Positions 45,973 through 55,972 are shown, numbered from the stretch's first letter. The stretch: DNA of 64,000 nt from Bordetella parapertussis (GCA_945861875.1 CAMAWC010000005.1:684-64683), one strand, 5' to 3'. Notes: generated from the letters alone by a model not told the origin. Numbers and translations are program-made.

Positions 45973-46932
45973 TCAATCCGCCCTGGCGCCCGATTCGCGG
46001 ATGATTTTCGCCCAGCGCAGGATCTCGGACTGGATCAGTGCGCCAAAGGCCTCGGGTGTGCTGCCAACGACCTCGAAGCCGAACTGGTTGAGGCGCTCGC
46101 GCAGCTCGCCCGTCTGCAAGGCCTTCACCGTCTCGGCCTGCACGCGCAGTATCGCCTCGCGCGGCGTGCCCGCCGGGGCGAGCAGGCCGAACCAGGCCGA
46201 CACGTCGAACCCGGCCAGTCCCGCCTCGATCACCGTCGGGATTTCCGGCAACAGCGCCGAGCGCTGCGCCGAGGTCACCGCCAGCGCACGCAGCTTGCCG
46301 CCCCTGATGTGCGCAATCGCCGGCGGAATATTGTCAAAGGACAGTTGCAGCCGGCCGGCGATGAGGTCGTTGAGCCCGAGCGCCGCACCCTTGTAGGGAA
46401 CATGCACCAGTTTTGTCCCGGTAAGCGCGCCGAACAGCTCACCGGCAAGATGCGGCGTGCTGCCGGTCGAGGGCGAGCCGTAGTTGAGCTCGCCCGGGTG
46501 CGCGCGCGCGTACTCAATGAGCTCCTTCACCGTCTTGACCGGCAGCTCCGGATTGACCACCAGCACGTTGCCGGCGGCGACGAGCAGGGAAACCGGCGAG
46601 AGGTCTTTTGCCGGGTCGAACGGCAGTTTCGAGTACAGGCTGGGATTGGTGGCGATGGTGACCCCGCCAAGGAGCAGGGTGTAACCGTCGGGGGCGGACC
46701 TTGCCACCGCCTCCATGCCAATATTGGTGCCGGCGCCGGCGCGGTTCTCCACCACCACCGGCTGGCCCAGCCCCTCGGCCAGCCGCACCGACAAGGCGCG
46801 GGCAAGAATGTCTATGGTGCCGCCGGCCGCGGCCGGAACAATGATGCGCAGCGGCCGGTTCGGGTAGGTCTGCGCCTGGGCGGACGTAGCCAAAAGTATA
46901 GCCACACCGGCGAGCAAGGGTATAAGGCGCAA
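45973..46932 (-). CDS. Bug family (TctC-like) substrate-binding protein
   Basis: I place the start at TTG 46932 (AAGGAA 6 nt upstream), giving (M)RLIPLLAGVAILLATSAQAQTYPNRPLRIIVP. The track's 420-aa version extends through repeat-derived sequence. Confidence 0.8.
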   Translation of the reverse strand: MRLIPLLAGVAILLATSAQAQTYPNRPLRIIVPAAAGGTIDILARALSVRLAEGLGQPVVVENRAGAGTNIGMEAVARSAPDGYTLLLGGVTIATNPSLYSKLPFDPAKDLSPVSLLVAAGNVLVVNPELPVKTVKELIEYARAHPGELNYGSPSTGSTPHLAGELFGALTGTKLVHVPYKGAALGLNDLIAGRLQLSFDNIPPAIAHIRGGKLRALAVTSAQRSALLPEIPTVIEAGLAGFDVSAWFGLLAPAGTPREAILRVQAETVKALQTGELRERLNQFGFEVVGSTPEAFGALIQSEILRWAKIIRESGARAD

Positions 46933-47312
46933 GTTGATTCCTTTTAGGAAGTAGTGTCTGTCGTTCGCAGTGTATAGCGAAGCGGCGTAATGCCACACAT
47001 ACGATCCGGATAAATTATTGTGCTGCTTGGTTTTGCTTTTGACTTTATCTCCCGTAGGTGACGCCGAGAAGCGCAGCGCCGATGGGAGGTGTCCGACCCT
47101 GATGTCTGAGCCCCACGCTTTTGTGGTGCGAGTTTCAGGGCCGACCCATTGGCGCGAGCATCGCAGGAAACCGCCGAAGGCGGCGGCGACGTGGGGTGTG
47201 TATTCTTTGCTTACTTTCTTTGCACAGCGAAGCAAAAGAAGGAACTCGCTCCCCGCAGGGGAGTGAAACCACCCAACTAAACAGAAAGAATCTGCCCGCG
47301 CAGCGAGGAACC

Positions 47313-47346
47313 AACCCCATGGATTCCTGCTTGCGCGGGAATGACG
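47313..47346. repeat. Solo half-unit of the REP family (ATTCCT-N8-GGGAAT hairpin)
   Basis: aaccccatggattcctgcttgcgcgggaatgacg. Confidence 0.8.
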
Positions 47347-47364
47347 AACAGAGCCGCCCCATCT

Positions 47365-48261
47365 TCATCGTATTGCCAACAACACAATCCCGGTGAGCAC
47401 CATCGCCGCACCGGTCGCGGTGCGTGAATTCAGGCCCTCGCGGTTGCCCAGCAGGAACACGCTCACCGGCAACACCAGCAAGGGCGTGGTGAAGGTGATG
47501 AGGGTGGCGATGGCAATTTCCACATAGGCCATGGCGAAAGTTGTAAGCAACGAACCGCCAGCAGTGGCGAGGCCGCAGGCAGCGAACAGCGCAAGGCCGC
47601 GCCGGTCGCCGCTGCGCATGGCCGTGCCGACCTTGTTCCAGTCGCGAATGCTGGCAAGGTGGCAGGCGAGCGCCGCCACCGTGGCAATCAGGGTGCCGAA
47701 AATCGCCTCGTCCCAGCTGCGCAATGCCGCCCCGCGCAAGGCGTTGCCAAAACCAAAACCAACCACCGCCAGCAGCCCGACCAGCAGGCCTCGGCGCAAC
47801 GCCCCTGGTGCGAGTTTCGCGCCGGCAAGCTGGCTGCCGCCGGGCATTTGCGTAATCCACAAGCCCAGGATGACAAAGGCCATCACGGCCAGTTCATAGG
47901 CGCCGAGGCGCTCGCCCACCAGCAGCCAGGCGCCGACCAGCGTGAACACCGGCGTAGTCGAGTGCAGCACGCTGGCTCGTGCGGCACCGAGGGCGACCAC
48001 CGCGTCGAGCAGCATGCGCCGGCCGAGAAAAATGCCGACGATGCCCGAGGCGACAAACCAGCCGGCACCGCGCCATTGCCACACCAACGGTGCCTCGCGG
48101 AACAAGGCATAAACGGCATAGACGAGGCTGATGCAAATAACGTTGACCGTGAGCAGCACAGTAAAACCGGTTTCCACATTGATGCGCGCGGCGGCACTGC
48201 GGACGAAGAAAATGTTGCCGGCAAAGCAAACCATGGCCAGCAGTGCAAGGGTGATGCCCAT
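47365..48261 (-). CDS. DMT superfamily (EamA-like) transporter
   Basis: 298 aa with about 10 TM segments. Confidence 0.8.
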   Translation of the reverse strand: MGITLALLAMVCFAGNIFFVRSAAARINVETGFTVLLTVNVICISLVYAVYALFREAPLVWQWRGAGWFVASGIVGIFLGRRMLLDAVVALGAARASVLHSTTPVFTLVGAWLLVGERLGAYELAVMAFVILGLWITQMPGGSQLAGAKLAPGALRRGLLVGLLAVVGFGFGNALRGAALRSWDEAIFGTLIATVAALACHLASIRDWNKVGTAMRSGDRRGLALFAACGLATAGGSLLTTFAMAYVEIAIATLITFTTPLLVLPVSVFLLGNREGLNSRTATGAAMVLTGIVLLAIR

Positions 48262-48276
48262 GTGTGCGCGACGGCC

Positions 48277-48840
48277 CTAGGGCCTGACCATCTCCATCTG
48301 GATCAGCATCGATACCTCGTCGCCGACAAAATTCGCCATCGTGACAAGGCCGAAATCAGAGCGCTTGAAACTGGCGGCAAGGTCGGCGCCGCAGCGCAGT
48401 TGTGGAAAACGTATGCAACCGTAGCCCGACACCCTGAGGTTCAGCGGCCGCGTGACACCGAGAAAGCGCAGTTCGCCCTCGACCAGCACCGGTTTGTCGC
48501 CGTCAAAGCGTATGGCGCTGGCCTTGTAGGCAATTTCCGGATGGTCGACCACGGCAAAATAAAAAGCACCGCGCAACAGCGCGTCAAGATCGTCATTGCC
48601 GGTGCTGGCCGAACGCGCGTCGATGCGGATGTCGGCCGAACCGGTGCGCGCCTCGGCATCGACAGTCACCCTGCCGCTGGTCCGGTTGAAGCGCCCGCGC
48701 TGCGTGGCAATGCCAAGATGCCTGACCTCGAACACCGGGAAGGTGTGCCCCGGATCGATGTCGAAGCCCACCGGTTCGCCGCGTGCCCCGCCGCAAAGCA
48801 GTCCTGCGACAAGTATGGCCAGATGCAATACGCGTTTCAT
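48277..48840 (-). CDS. YceI family periplasmic protein
   Basis: Trimmed to MKRVLHLAILVAGLLCGGARG.... YceI-like HTFPVFEVRHLGIATQRGRF. Confidence 0.82.
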   Translation of the reverse strand: MKRVLHLAILVAGLLCGGARGEPVGFDIDPGHTFPVFEVRHLGIATQRGRFNRTSGRVTVDAEARTGSADIRIDARSASTGNDDLDALLRGAFYFAVVDHPEIAYKASAIRFDGDKPVLVEGELRFLGVTRPLNLRVSGYGCIRFPQLRCGADLAASFKRSDFGLVTMANFVGDEVSMLIQMEMVRP

Positions 48841-48953
48841 CGCCTGATTCTCGCACATTCATCCCGCCACTCCCCTTCACCTGCAACGGCATCCCGTATA
48901 AACTGCGCGCGTGGCCCGCCGTGACAGTACGCGCCCACCGGGAGCAAACCGCG

Positions 48954-49592
48954 ATGAACACCACCTGCCCGAAGTGCCAGTATGTTCGCCGACCCGCGGA
49001 TACCGCCCCGGACGGTCACTGCCCGCAGTGCGGCATCGTCTACGCCAAGTACCAGGCCCCGCCGGCAATCCAGTCCGCCGTGGGTCCGCTGCCAACGGTG
49101 CGCACGCGCCCGACCTCGTTCCCGTTTATTCCACTCATCGCCGGTGTGACATTTCTTGCCGCAGCCGCTTATTTCGTCCGCGACCACCTGCGCGCCAAGC
49201 CCGCCCCGGTGGCGAAGGTGCAAAAAATGAGCATGCTGGTCAAGGGCGACACCGGCCAGGGCATTCCCGCCTACACCGTGGCGCAGGAGGGCGATCGCGC
49301 AGTGGTGCGCCTGCTGCCCGATGCGCGCAAGAACCTGTCGCAATTTGCCCCTTCGCCGGTGGTGTTGTTCAGCACCACCTGGTGCGGTTACTGCGCCGAA
49401 ACGCGTAAATTCCTTGACGGCGCCAATATCCGCTACACCGACCACGATGTCGAGCGCGATGTCGACGCCATGCGTTATCACGGCAAGGTGCTGCGCGCCC
49501 AGGGCGTGCCGGTGATCGTCATGGGAAACCAGGTATTGCTCGGTTACGACGCGACTGAAATGCGCCTTGCCAGCGCCGGCATCGCAAAATAG
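48954..49592 (+). CDS. Zinc-ribbon / TM / glutaredoxin-domain fusion protein
   Basis: Trimmed to MNTTCPKCQYVRRPADTAPDGHCPQCGIVYAKY. One hydrophobic segment (FIPLIAGVTFLAAAAYF). C-terminal Grx fold with CGYC. Confidence 0.7.
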   Translation: MNTTCPKCQYVRRPADTAPDGHCPQCGIVYAKYQAPPAIQSAVGPLPTVRTRPTSFPFIPLIAGVTFLAAAAYFVRDHLRAKPAPVAKVQKMSMLVKGDTGQGIPAYTVAQEGDRAVVRLLPDARKNLSQFAPSPVVLFSTTWCGYCAETRKFLDGANIRYTDHDVERDVDAMRYHGKVLRAQGVPVIVMGNQVLLGYDATEMRLASAGIAK

Positions 49593-49693
49593 CCGCCGCC
49601 AAGGCAAGCCCGGGTCCCCGGCCTGCCGCCCGCGCGGCGGGTTAGAATTGCGCGACCCGCCTTTCCCACAAGAACAACAAGTCCGGACTCCCC

Positions 49694-50590
49694 TTGCATA
49701 GTGCCCCCCTCTCCCGCTGGTTTGGCATCATTCTCATGCTGGTCATCGCCGCCATCATGGGCGCCAACCACATTGCCGCGCGCATCGCCTTTGACCATGG
49801 CGTCAATGTCACCACTGCGGTAACGATCCGCTCGGGCGTCACCGCACTGGCCGTGCTCGCGCTGCTGCTCGCCTCCGGCGTGAGGGTGTGGGTGCCGGCG
49901 CTGACCCTGCGCCGCGCCGCCGGCATCGGCGTGCTCGTTGCGGTGCAAAGCTACTGCCTTTATTCCTCGGTCGCGCGCATCCCGGTGGTGCTGGCGCTGC
50001 TGGTGTTCAATATTTACCCGATGCTGCTGACACTGCTCAGCTGGGCGACCGGCGGACCGCGGCCCTCGCCGGTGGCGCTGGGTGCGATGCTGGTGGCGCT
50101 GCTCGGCCTGGCGCTGGCGCTCGACGTAACGGGGAAAACAGGGGATCTCGCCAGCCGCTGGCAGGAAATCGGCGCAGGCGTCAGTTACGCCATCACCGCG
50201 GCACTGGCGTTCAGCATGGTGATGTACCTTTCGGGCCGCTGGCTGATGCAGGTGGACGGACGCCTGCGCAGCTGCCTCGCCATGGCGACCTGCGCGCTGA
50301 TCATCGGCGGCGCCGGAGTGCTCACCGGCAGCCTCGCCGCGCCCTCCGACAATGCCGGCTGGCTCGGCCTGTCATTGCTCACGGTGTTGTACGGCAGCGG
50401 CATCACCGCCATGTTCATCGTATTGCCGCGCATCGCCGTCACCAGCGACACCGGGGTGCTCAACTTTGAACCGGTCGCCGCGCTGTTCATGGGCTGGCTC
50501 CTGCTCGGGCAAAGCCTCAGCCTGCTGCAGGGGATAGGCGCAATCATTGTCATAGGCGCCATTATCGTGCTCGGCACGGCCAAACGCTGA
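49694..50590 (+). CDS. DMT superfamily (EamA-like) transporter
   Basis: 298 aa, TTG start, about 10 TM segments. Confidence 0.78.
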   Translation: MHSAPLSRWFGIILMLVIAAIMGANHIAARIAFDHGVNVTTAVTIRSGVTALAVLALLLASGVRVWVPALTLRRAAGIGVLVAVQSYCLYSSVARIPVVLALLVFNIYPMLLTLLSWATGGPRPSPVALGAMLVALLGLALALDVTGKTGDLASRWQEIGAGVSYAITAALAFSMVMYLSGRWLMQVDGRLRSCLAMATCALIIGGAGVLTGSLAAPSDNAGWLGLSLLTVLYGSGITAMFIVLPRIAVTSDTGVLNFEPVAALFMGWLLLGQSLSLLQGIGAIIVIGAIIVLGTAKR

Positions 50591-50603
50591 ACGGGGAGAT
50601 AAC

Positions 50604-51302
50604 ATGAGCCTGGCAGGATCGGGAGTGGTGGCCATCTGGAACGGCATCGAGGCCCACGCCCGCGCCGAATTTTACGAATGGCACACGCGCGAACACATGC
50701 CCGAGCGCGTCGGCATTCGCGGCTTCTTGCGCGGCCGCCGCTACATCGCCTTTCCCGGTACGCCCACATCGGGCACGCCGGAATACTTCACGCTTTACGA
50801 AACCGAAAACCTGCAGGTGCTGAAAGGCGCCGCTTACACCGCGCGCCTGAACGACCCGACCCCTTGGACGCGTAAATGCGTCGCCGCCTTTACCGACGTT
50901 GAACGCGCCCTATGCGAAGTCGCCGCGTCCCTCAGCCACGCCCAGGGCGGACTGCTGATGACGCTGCGTTACGACGTGCTGGCCGGCAGGGAGACAATGC
51001 AACGCGACTGGCTGGTCGGGCAAGCGCTGCCCGACCTGCTGCGGCAGCCGGGCATTTGCGGCGCCCACCTGTGCCGCGCCGACACCGGCGCGAGCACCGT
51101 GCTGACGGAGGAAAAAAAGGTCAGGCCACACGCCGCCATCGTGCCCAACTGGGTGGTGATGGTCGAATGCGCGAGCGAACGTGCGGACATTGAAGCCGCC
51201 TGCGCAAAACTCCTGCCCGACAGCGGCTTTACCGCCGCAGGTTCCAGCGCCGCGCCATTGCGCGGGCTTTACCTGCTGCAGAACAGCGTGTCGCGCACCT
51301 GA
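50604..51302 (+). CDS. Hypothetical protein (232 aa), apparently two similar halves
   Basis: Coding-like composition, fills the gap, starts 14 nt after the upstream stop. I recognise no motif. Confidence 0.55.
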   Translation: MSLAGSGVVAIWNGIEAHARAEFYEWHTREHMPERVGIRGFLRGRRYIAFPGTPTSGTPEYFTLYETENLQVLKGAAYTARLNDPTPWTRKCVAAFTDVERALCEVAASLSHAQGGLLMTLRYDVLAGRETMQRDWLVGQALPDLLRQPGICGAHLCRADTGASTVLTEEKKVRPHAAIVPNWVVMVECASERADIEAACAKLLPDSGFTAAGSSAAPLRGLYLLQNSVSRT

Positions 51303-51373
51303 AAATCAGGGGTGGTGGCTGGAAACGGCCGACTGACGGGCCTTTCCAGCCATCGCGCTATACGCAGACGGCC

Positions 51374-52390
51374 TTACTGCCCGGCCATTTTCAGCGCGCG
51401 GTCGTAGTAACCGAGGTCGATATACTTTCCCGGGGCCGGCGCGACCCCGCCCCACTGGCCTTCAATTTCGGCACGCAGTGACAGCACCTTGGCAAATCCG
51501 TCCATGTCAAAGCGCGCGTCGCGATAATAGCCAAAGCCCGGCGTCATCAGTGCGGCATAGCTTTGCTCGGCGATTTGCGGGCTGAGCTTGAAACGGCGCA
51601 TCAATATATCCAGCGCGGCTGTGCGGTTGGCCGGATCCATGACAGCCCGCGTGCCCTCTATATAGGCGGCGATGTAGCGCTCAAGCACGCCGGCATTGGC
51701 TTTCGCCCAGTCGCGCATCACAAACGCACCGCCCGCCTGGTAGGGGCCGATAAGATCCTGCGCCCGGCCCATGCTTTTCAGGCCCTGCTCCTTGACCATG
51801 AAGGAAAACGGCGGGTTGACCATGCCGGCAACGAGCATCGGATCCTTGGCCATTGCTGCCGACCGCGCCAAGGTGCCGCCCACCTCGCGCAAAGTGTAGT
51901 CGCGGTTCTCCAGCAGGCCGTTGTTCTTGAGAATTTTTTTCGCCACCAGGGCGTAGGCGGTATTGGGCGCGTCCACGGCGAGCACCTTGCCGCGGATGTC
52001 GTTAAAGGAGTTGATTTCCCCGCGCACCAGGAATTCATTCAGGCCGCCATCGCCGCCCAGGAAGATGATGACATCTTTTTTCGCCCCTTCAACCATGGCC
52101 ACGGCGTTGTCCACCGCCGCATGCGCGATTTCAAACTTGCCCTCGGCGAGGCCGGCCCGCTGCAGGTCGGAATTGGGCGTGTTCTGCACCTCTATTTTCA
52201 AGCCGCGCCGGGCGAACATCCCGTTCTCTATCGCCCAATACAACGCCAGGTTGGTGGACGTCGGGAAGACGTTGACCCGCAACGTAGTCTCCTGGGAATA
52301 GGCGGCGCCGCCGGCGACAAGGCCGGTGAACAGTATGGCGGCGGGAACAAATGCGCTTGCGATGCGCGGCAGACGTGATAGCAAAGTCAT
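51374..52390 (-). CDS. ABC-type substrate-binding protein, NMT1/THI5 (SsuA/TauA-like) family, orphan
   Basis: 338 aa with a signal peptide and the family pattern. No adjacent permease or ATPase. Confidence 0.7.
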   Translation of the reverse strand: MTLLSRLPRIASAFVPAAILFTGLVAGGAAYSQETTLRVNVFPTSTNLALYWAIENGMFARRGLKIEVQNTPNSDLQRAGLAEGKFEIAHAAVDNAVAMVEGAKKDVIIFLGGDGGLNEFLVRGEINSFNDIRGKVLAVDAPNTAYALVAKKILKNNGLLENRDYTLREVGGTLARSAAMAKDPMLVAGMVNPPFSFMVKEQGLKSMGRAQDLIGPYQAGGAFVMRDWAKANAGVLERYIAAYIEGTRAVMDPANRTAALDILMRRFKLSPQIAEQSYAALMTPGFGYYRDARFDMDGFAKVLSLRAEIEGQWGGVAPAPGKYIDLGYYDRALKMAGQ

Positions 52391-52652
52391 TGCATACTCC
52401 TTTTTGTATCAGGGAACAGACGGCGTTTAATTGCCTGGCCGATTGGATAACTGCGCAACCATAGTGTCCGACAAAACACCCCAGCACTCAAACAATAACT
52501 GCGTTGCACTGCAGCGCAAAATACCCGTTGCGACGCCGCGTCCCACACCGTTGCCGACCCGTGCTATGTTGGCGCGCAACGCGGCGGCCGGCGACCGGCA
52601 AAACAAGCCCGTATTTTACGGATAAGCACATTTGAATACCCGAGGAGGCCAC

Positions 52653-53630
52653 GTGCAAAAAACGATCACCGGTTTCATGCTGTTGTTGCTGACAATGCTG
52701 ACGGTTGTGCCGCAGGCCCTAGCACAACAAGAAGCCTACCCGAACAAGCCCATACGCCTGATTGTCGCCTTCCCGCCCGGGGGCAGCGTCGATGTGGTGG
52801 CACGGCTGATCGCGCCCAAGCTGTCCGAGGCGCTCGGCCAGTCGGTGGTGGTCGACAACCGCAGCGGCGCCTCGGGCAACATCGGCACCGAAATTGCGGC
52901 CCGTTCCAAGCCCGACGGCTACACCCTGCTGATTCAGACCATTCCCTTCGTCTCGAACGCGGCGCTGTTCAAGAACGTCAGCTATGACGCGCTCAACGAC
53001 TTTGTCCCCATCGGCCTGATCTCCTCCTCGCCCTCGCTGGTGGTGGTGCACCCGGCGGTGCCGGTCAACACCTTGCAGGAACTGCTGGCCATGGCGCGCG
53101 CCAAGCCCGGCGCGCTCAATTACGCCGCCGCCGGCTCGGGTACCAACCCGCATATCGCCGGCGAACTGTTCAACCTGATGGGCAAGGTCGAAATTGTCGC
53201 CATACAGTTCAAGGGTGGCGGCCCGGCGATGATCGCCACACTCGGCAACGAGCCGGGCATCAACTTCCCCAACGTCGCCGAAGCCAACCCCTATGTCACG
53301 ACCAACCGCGTGCGCGTACTCGCCGTGACCAGCCTCAAGCGCGCCAAATCGCTGCCCAACGTGCCGACGGTGTCCGAGGCGGCACTGCCCGGTTATGAGT
53401 TCACCACCTGGCACGGCATTGTCGCGCCCAAGGGCACGCCCAAGGAAATCGTCGCACTGCTCAGCGAAAAACTGCGCGCCGTGCTGCGCAACCCGGAATT
53501 GGTCGCCCGTTTCGAGCAAATCGGCCTCGACATGATCGCCAGCACACCCGAGGAATTCGGCGTGCACCTGAAAAGTGAATCGGAAAAATGGGCGCGAGTG
53601 ATCAAAGAAAGGAATATGCGGGTGGAGTAA
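52653..53630 (+). CDS. Bug family (TctC-like) substrate-binding protein
   Basis: GTG start 5 nt after GAGGAGG. (M)QKTITGFMLLLLTMLTVVPQALAQQEAYPNKPIRLIVAFPPGG. Confidence 0.85.
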   Translation: MQKTITGFMLLLLTMLTVVPQALAQQEAYPNKPIRLIVAFPPGGSVDVVARLIAPKLSEALGQSVVVDNRSGASGNIGTEIAARSKPDGYTLLIQTIPFVSNAALFKNVSYDALNDFVPIGLISSSPSLVVVHPAVPVNTLQELLAMARAKPGALNYAAAGSGTNPHIAGELFNLMGKVEIVAIQFKGGGPAMIATLGNEPGINFPNVAEANPYVTTNRVRVLAVTSLKRAKSLPNVPTVSEAALPGYEFTTWHGIVAPKGTPKEIVALLSEKLRAVLRNPELVARFEQIGLDMIASTPEEFGVHLKSESEKWARVIKERNMRVE

Positions 53631-53631
53631 T

Positions 53632-54726
53632 TCAGGCCACACCGTAGCGCTTGATCACGGCCTGATCGAACTTCAGACCCAGCCCGGGCAAGGCCGGCAC
53701 CGAGAGCTCGCCTTTTACCGGCTCCGGCACCGACTCGAACAACCGCCCCGACCAGGGCATGTACTCGACGGTGAGTCCGTTGGCAATGCCGGCAATCAGC
53801 TGCACGTGGATCTCCGGCACGAGGTGGCTCACCACCTTGAGGTTGAACGCCTCGGCCATGGCGGCGATTTTCAGCCACGGCGTGATGCCCCCGGCGCGCA
53901 ACACGTCGATCATCACAATATCGACCGAACAGGCCTCCAGCATGTGGCGGAACGGCTGGATGCCGTAGAGATACTCGCCGCCGGCCAGCGGCGTGGCGAG
54001 GGCCGCGGCGACACGCGCAAGCCCGGCGTAATCGTCGTGCGCCACCACGTCCTCCAGCCAGTACAGGTGATACTCCTCGATGCGACTGCCGATGGCGATG
54101 GCCTGGCTCACGTCCCAGCGCTGGTTGATGTCGCACATCAGGTCGATGTCCGCGCCGACGCTCTCGCGTATCAGCCGCGTGCGCTCCACTTCCAACTGCG
54201 GCGTGGTCTGGCCCGGCAGCGCCAGTTGCATTTTCATTTGGGTAAAGCCTTTTTCCACCAGGCGCGACGCGGCCTTGAGCACATGTTCGAGTGAAAACTC
54301 GCGCATCAGCGCACCGCTGGCGTAGGTGGGGACGCGCTCGCGCCGGCCGCCTATGAGGGTCGCCACGGGCAGTCCCATCGCCTTGCCGGTGATATCCCAC
54401 AAGGCGATGTCGATGGCCGCCGATGCGAGCGTGAATATGCCGCCCGGGCCGGACATCAGCGCCGCCACGCGCAGTTTTTCGGCAATCGCCTCGATGCGCA
54501 GCGGGTCCATGCCGATGGTGAGCGCCGCCAGCGCGTCGACCGCCACTTTGAGCGCCCCGGTCAGCGCGCCGCCAAAACCGGTCAGGCCGACACCCTCCAC
54601 CCCCTCGTCTGTGTAAAGGGTGAGCGTGACGAAATTGCGCAAAGCCCCGTGCACGGCAGGACCGTCGGCCAGGGGTTCATCGGCGGGCAGGCGCACGATA
54701 TGTGACTCGAAGCGGGTGATTTTCAT
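53632..54726 (-). CDS. Enolase superfamily (mandelate racemase / muconate lactonizing enzyme family) protein
   Basis: 364 aa with N-terminal capping-domain and TIM-barrel motifs (DINQRWD, WLEDV). Confidence 0.85.
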   Translation of the reverse strand: MKITRFESHIVRLPADEPLADGPAVHGALRNFVTLTLYTDEGVEGVGLTGFGGALTGALKVAVDALAALTIGMDPLRIEAIAEKLRVAALMSGPGGIFTLASAAIDIALWDITGKAMGLPVATLIGGRRERVPTYASGALMREFSLEHVLKAASRLVEKGFTQMKMQLALPGQTTPQLEVERTRLIRESVGADIDLMCDINQRWDVSQAIAIGSRIEEYHLYWLEDVVAHDDYAGLARVAAALATPLAGGEYLYGIQPFRHMLEACSVDIVMIDVLRAGGITPWLKIAAMAEAFNLKVVSHLVPEIHVQLIAGIANGLTVEYMPWSGRLFESVPEPVKGELSVPALPGLGLKFDQAVIKRYGVA

Positions 54727-54776
54727 GTTTGATCCTTGTGTTTTCGCCCAAATGCAAAGTCAATCAGGCTCCCAAT

Positions 54777-54851
54777 CGTCATTCCCGTGAAAACGGGAAT
54801 CCAGTGACTTTCGACGAACGTCGCTGGATTCCCGCATGCGCGGGAATGACG
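54777..54851. repeat. REP unit (two ATTCCC-N8-GGGAAT hairpins in inverted orientation)
   Basis: cgtcattcccgtgaaaacgggaatccagtgactttcgacgaacgtcgctggattcccgcatgcgcgggaatgacgg. Confidence 0.9.
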
Positions 54852-54924
54852 GCGCTACGATCTGCAAATCCGGCAGCCCCCAGTATAATCACTACCCATT
54901 CATCGCATTGAATCCGGATTACTC

Positions 54925-55785
54925 ATGGCACGCATCATCGGCGGTATCGGCACATCACATGTCCCCACCATCGCCGGTGCGTTCGACCGCAAGCTGCAGG
55001 ACAACCCGGACTGGACGCCGCTGTTCAAGGGCTACGAACCGGTGGCCAGATGGATGGCCGAGAAAAATCCCGACGTGCTGGTGTTTTTCTACAACGACCA
55101 TGCCTCGACTTTTTTCTTTGACCACTACCCGACCTTTGCCCTGGGCGTGAGCGAGGAGTACCCCATCGCCGACGAGGGCTTCGGCCCACGCAAGATCCCG
55201 CCGCTCAAGGGCCACGCCGCGCTGTCGCGGCACATCGCAGACGCCCTTGTCACCGATGAATTCGACATTTCCATTTTCCAGGGCCTGCCCATAGACCACG
55301 GCGTGCATTCGCCGCTGACCATGATGTGGCAAAGCAGCCCGGACTGGCCTGGCCGCATCGTGCCCATCGAGATAAATGTCCTGCAACACCCGCTGCCGAC
55401 GCCGCTCAGGTGCTACAAGCTCGGCCAGGCGGTGCGTCGCGCCATCCTGTCCTGGCCCGAGGACATCAAGGTGGTGATTGTCGGCACCGGCGGCCTGTCG
55501 CACCAGATGAACGGCGAGCGCGGCGGCTTCAACAACCCCGAATGGGACATGAAGTTCCTCGACATGATAGACAATGATGTGGAGTCGCTGGTCAAAATGA
55601 AGCACGCCGACTTCATGCGCCTTGGCGGCACCGAGGGTGCCGAAATCATCATGTGGCTGGCGATGCGCGGCGCGCTCTCTCCCACGGTGAAAAAAATCAC
55701 CCAGAACTATTACCTGCCCATGACCACCGCCATGGCGGTGGCGGTGTTTGAGGAACAGGCCGAAACACAGAAGAAGGCCGCATGA
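54925..55785 (+). CDS. ligB: Class III extradiol dioxygenase, LigB-type catalytic subunit (protocatechuate 4,5- / gallate dioxygenase-like)
   Basis: 286 aa: MARIIGGIGTSHVP...VLVFFYNDHAS...PIDHGV...GTGGLSHQ. Confidence 0.82.
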   Translation: MARIIGGIGTSHVPTIAGAFDRKLQDNPDWTPLFKGYEPVARWMAEKNPDVLVFFYNDHASTFFFDHYPTFALGVSEEYPIADEGFGPRKIPPLKGHAALSRHIADALVTDEFDISIFQGLPIDHGVHSPLTMMWQSSPDWPGRIVPIEINVLQHPLPTPLRCYKLGQAVRRAILSWPEDIKVVIVGTGGLSHQMNGERGGFNNPEWDMKFLDMIDNDVESLVKMKHADFMRLGGTEGAEIIMWLAMRGALSPTVKKITQNYYLPMTTAMAVAVFEEQAETQKKAA

Positions 55786-55818
55786 AGCCCGGTCAATCCG
55801 ATCGTCGGCAGCCACGCT

Positions 55819-55912
55819 CCGTCATTCCGGGGCCGCAAGGCGGAACCCGGAATCCATGGGGTTCCATGCATACAGCGAACCCCATGGATTCCCGCGTGCG
55901 CGGGAATGACGG
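55819..55912. repeat. REP unit (hairpin B - loop - hairpin A) between the ligB-like and ligA-like genes
   Basis: ccgtcattccggggccgcaaggcggaacccggaatccatggggttccatgcatacagcgaaccccatggattcccgcgtgcgcgggaatgacgg. Confidence 0.9.
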
Positions 55913-55972
55913 CTTAATGCAAATTGAGTCGCTTGTTCGCGACAAATTCGCCATCCCCAGAAAGCATACTCA

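Noticed and set aside
52391-52652. Direct ATAACTGCG repeats and a near-palindrome around CTGCAG in the divergent spacer between the SsuA-like and Bug genes
   Set aside because: The matches are short and imperfect and have no second occurrence in the window, so they are too weak to call a regulatory site.
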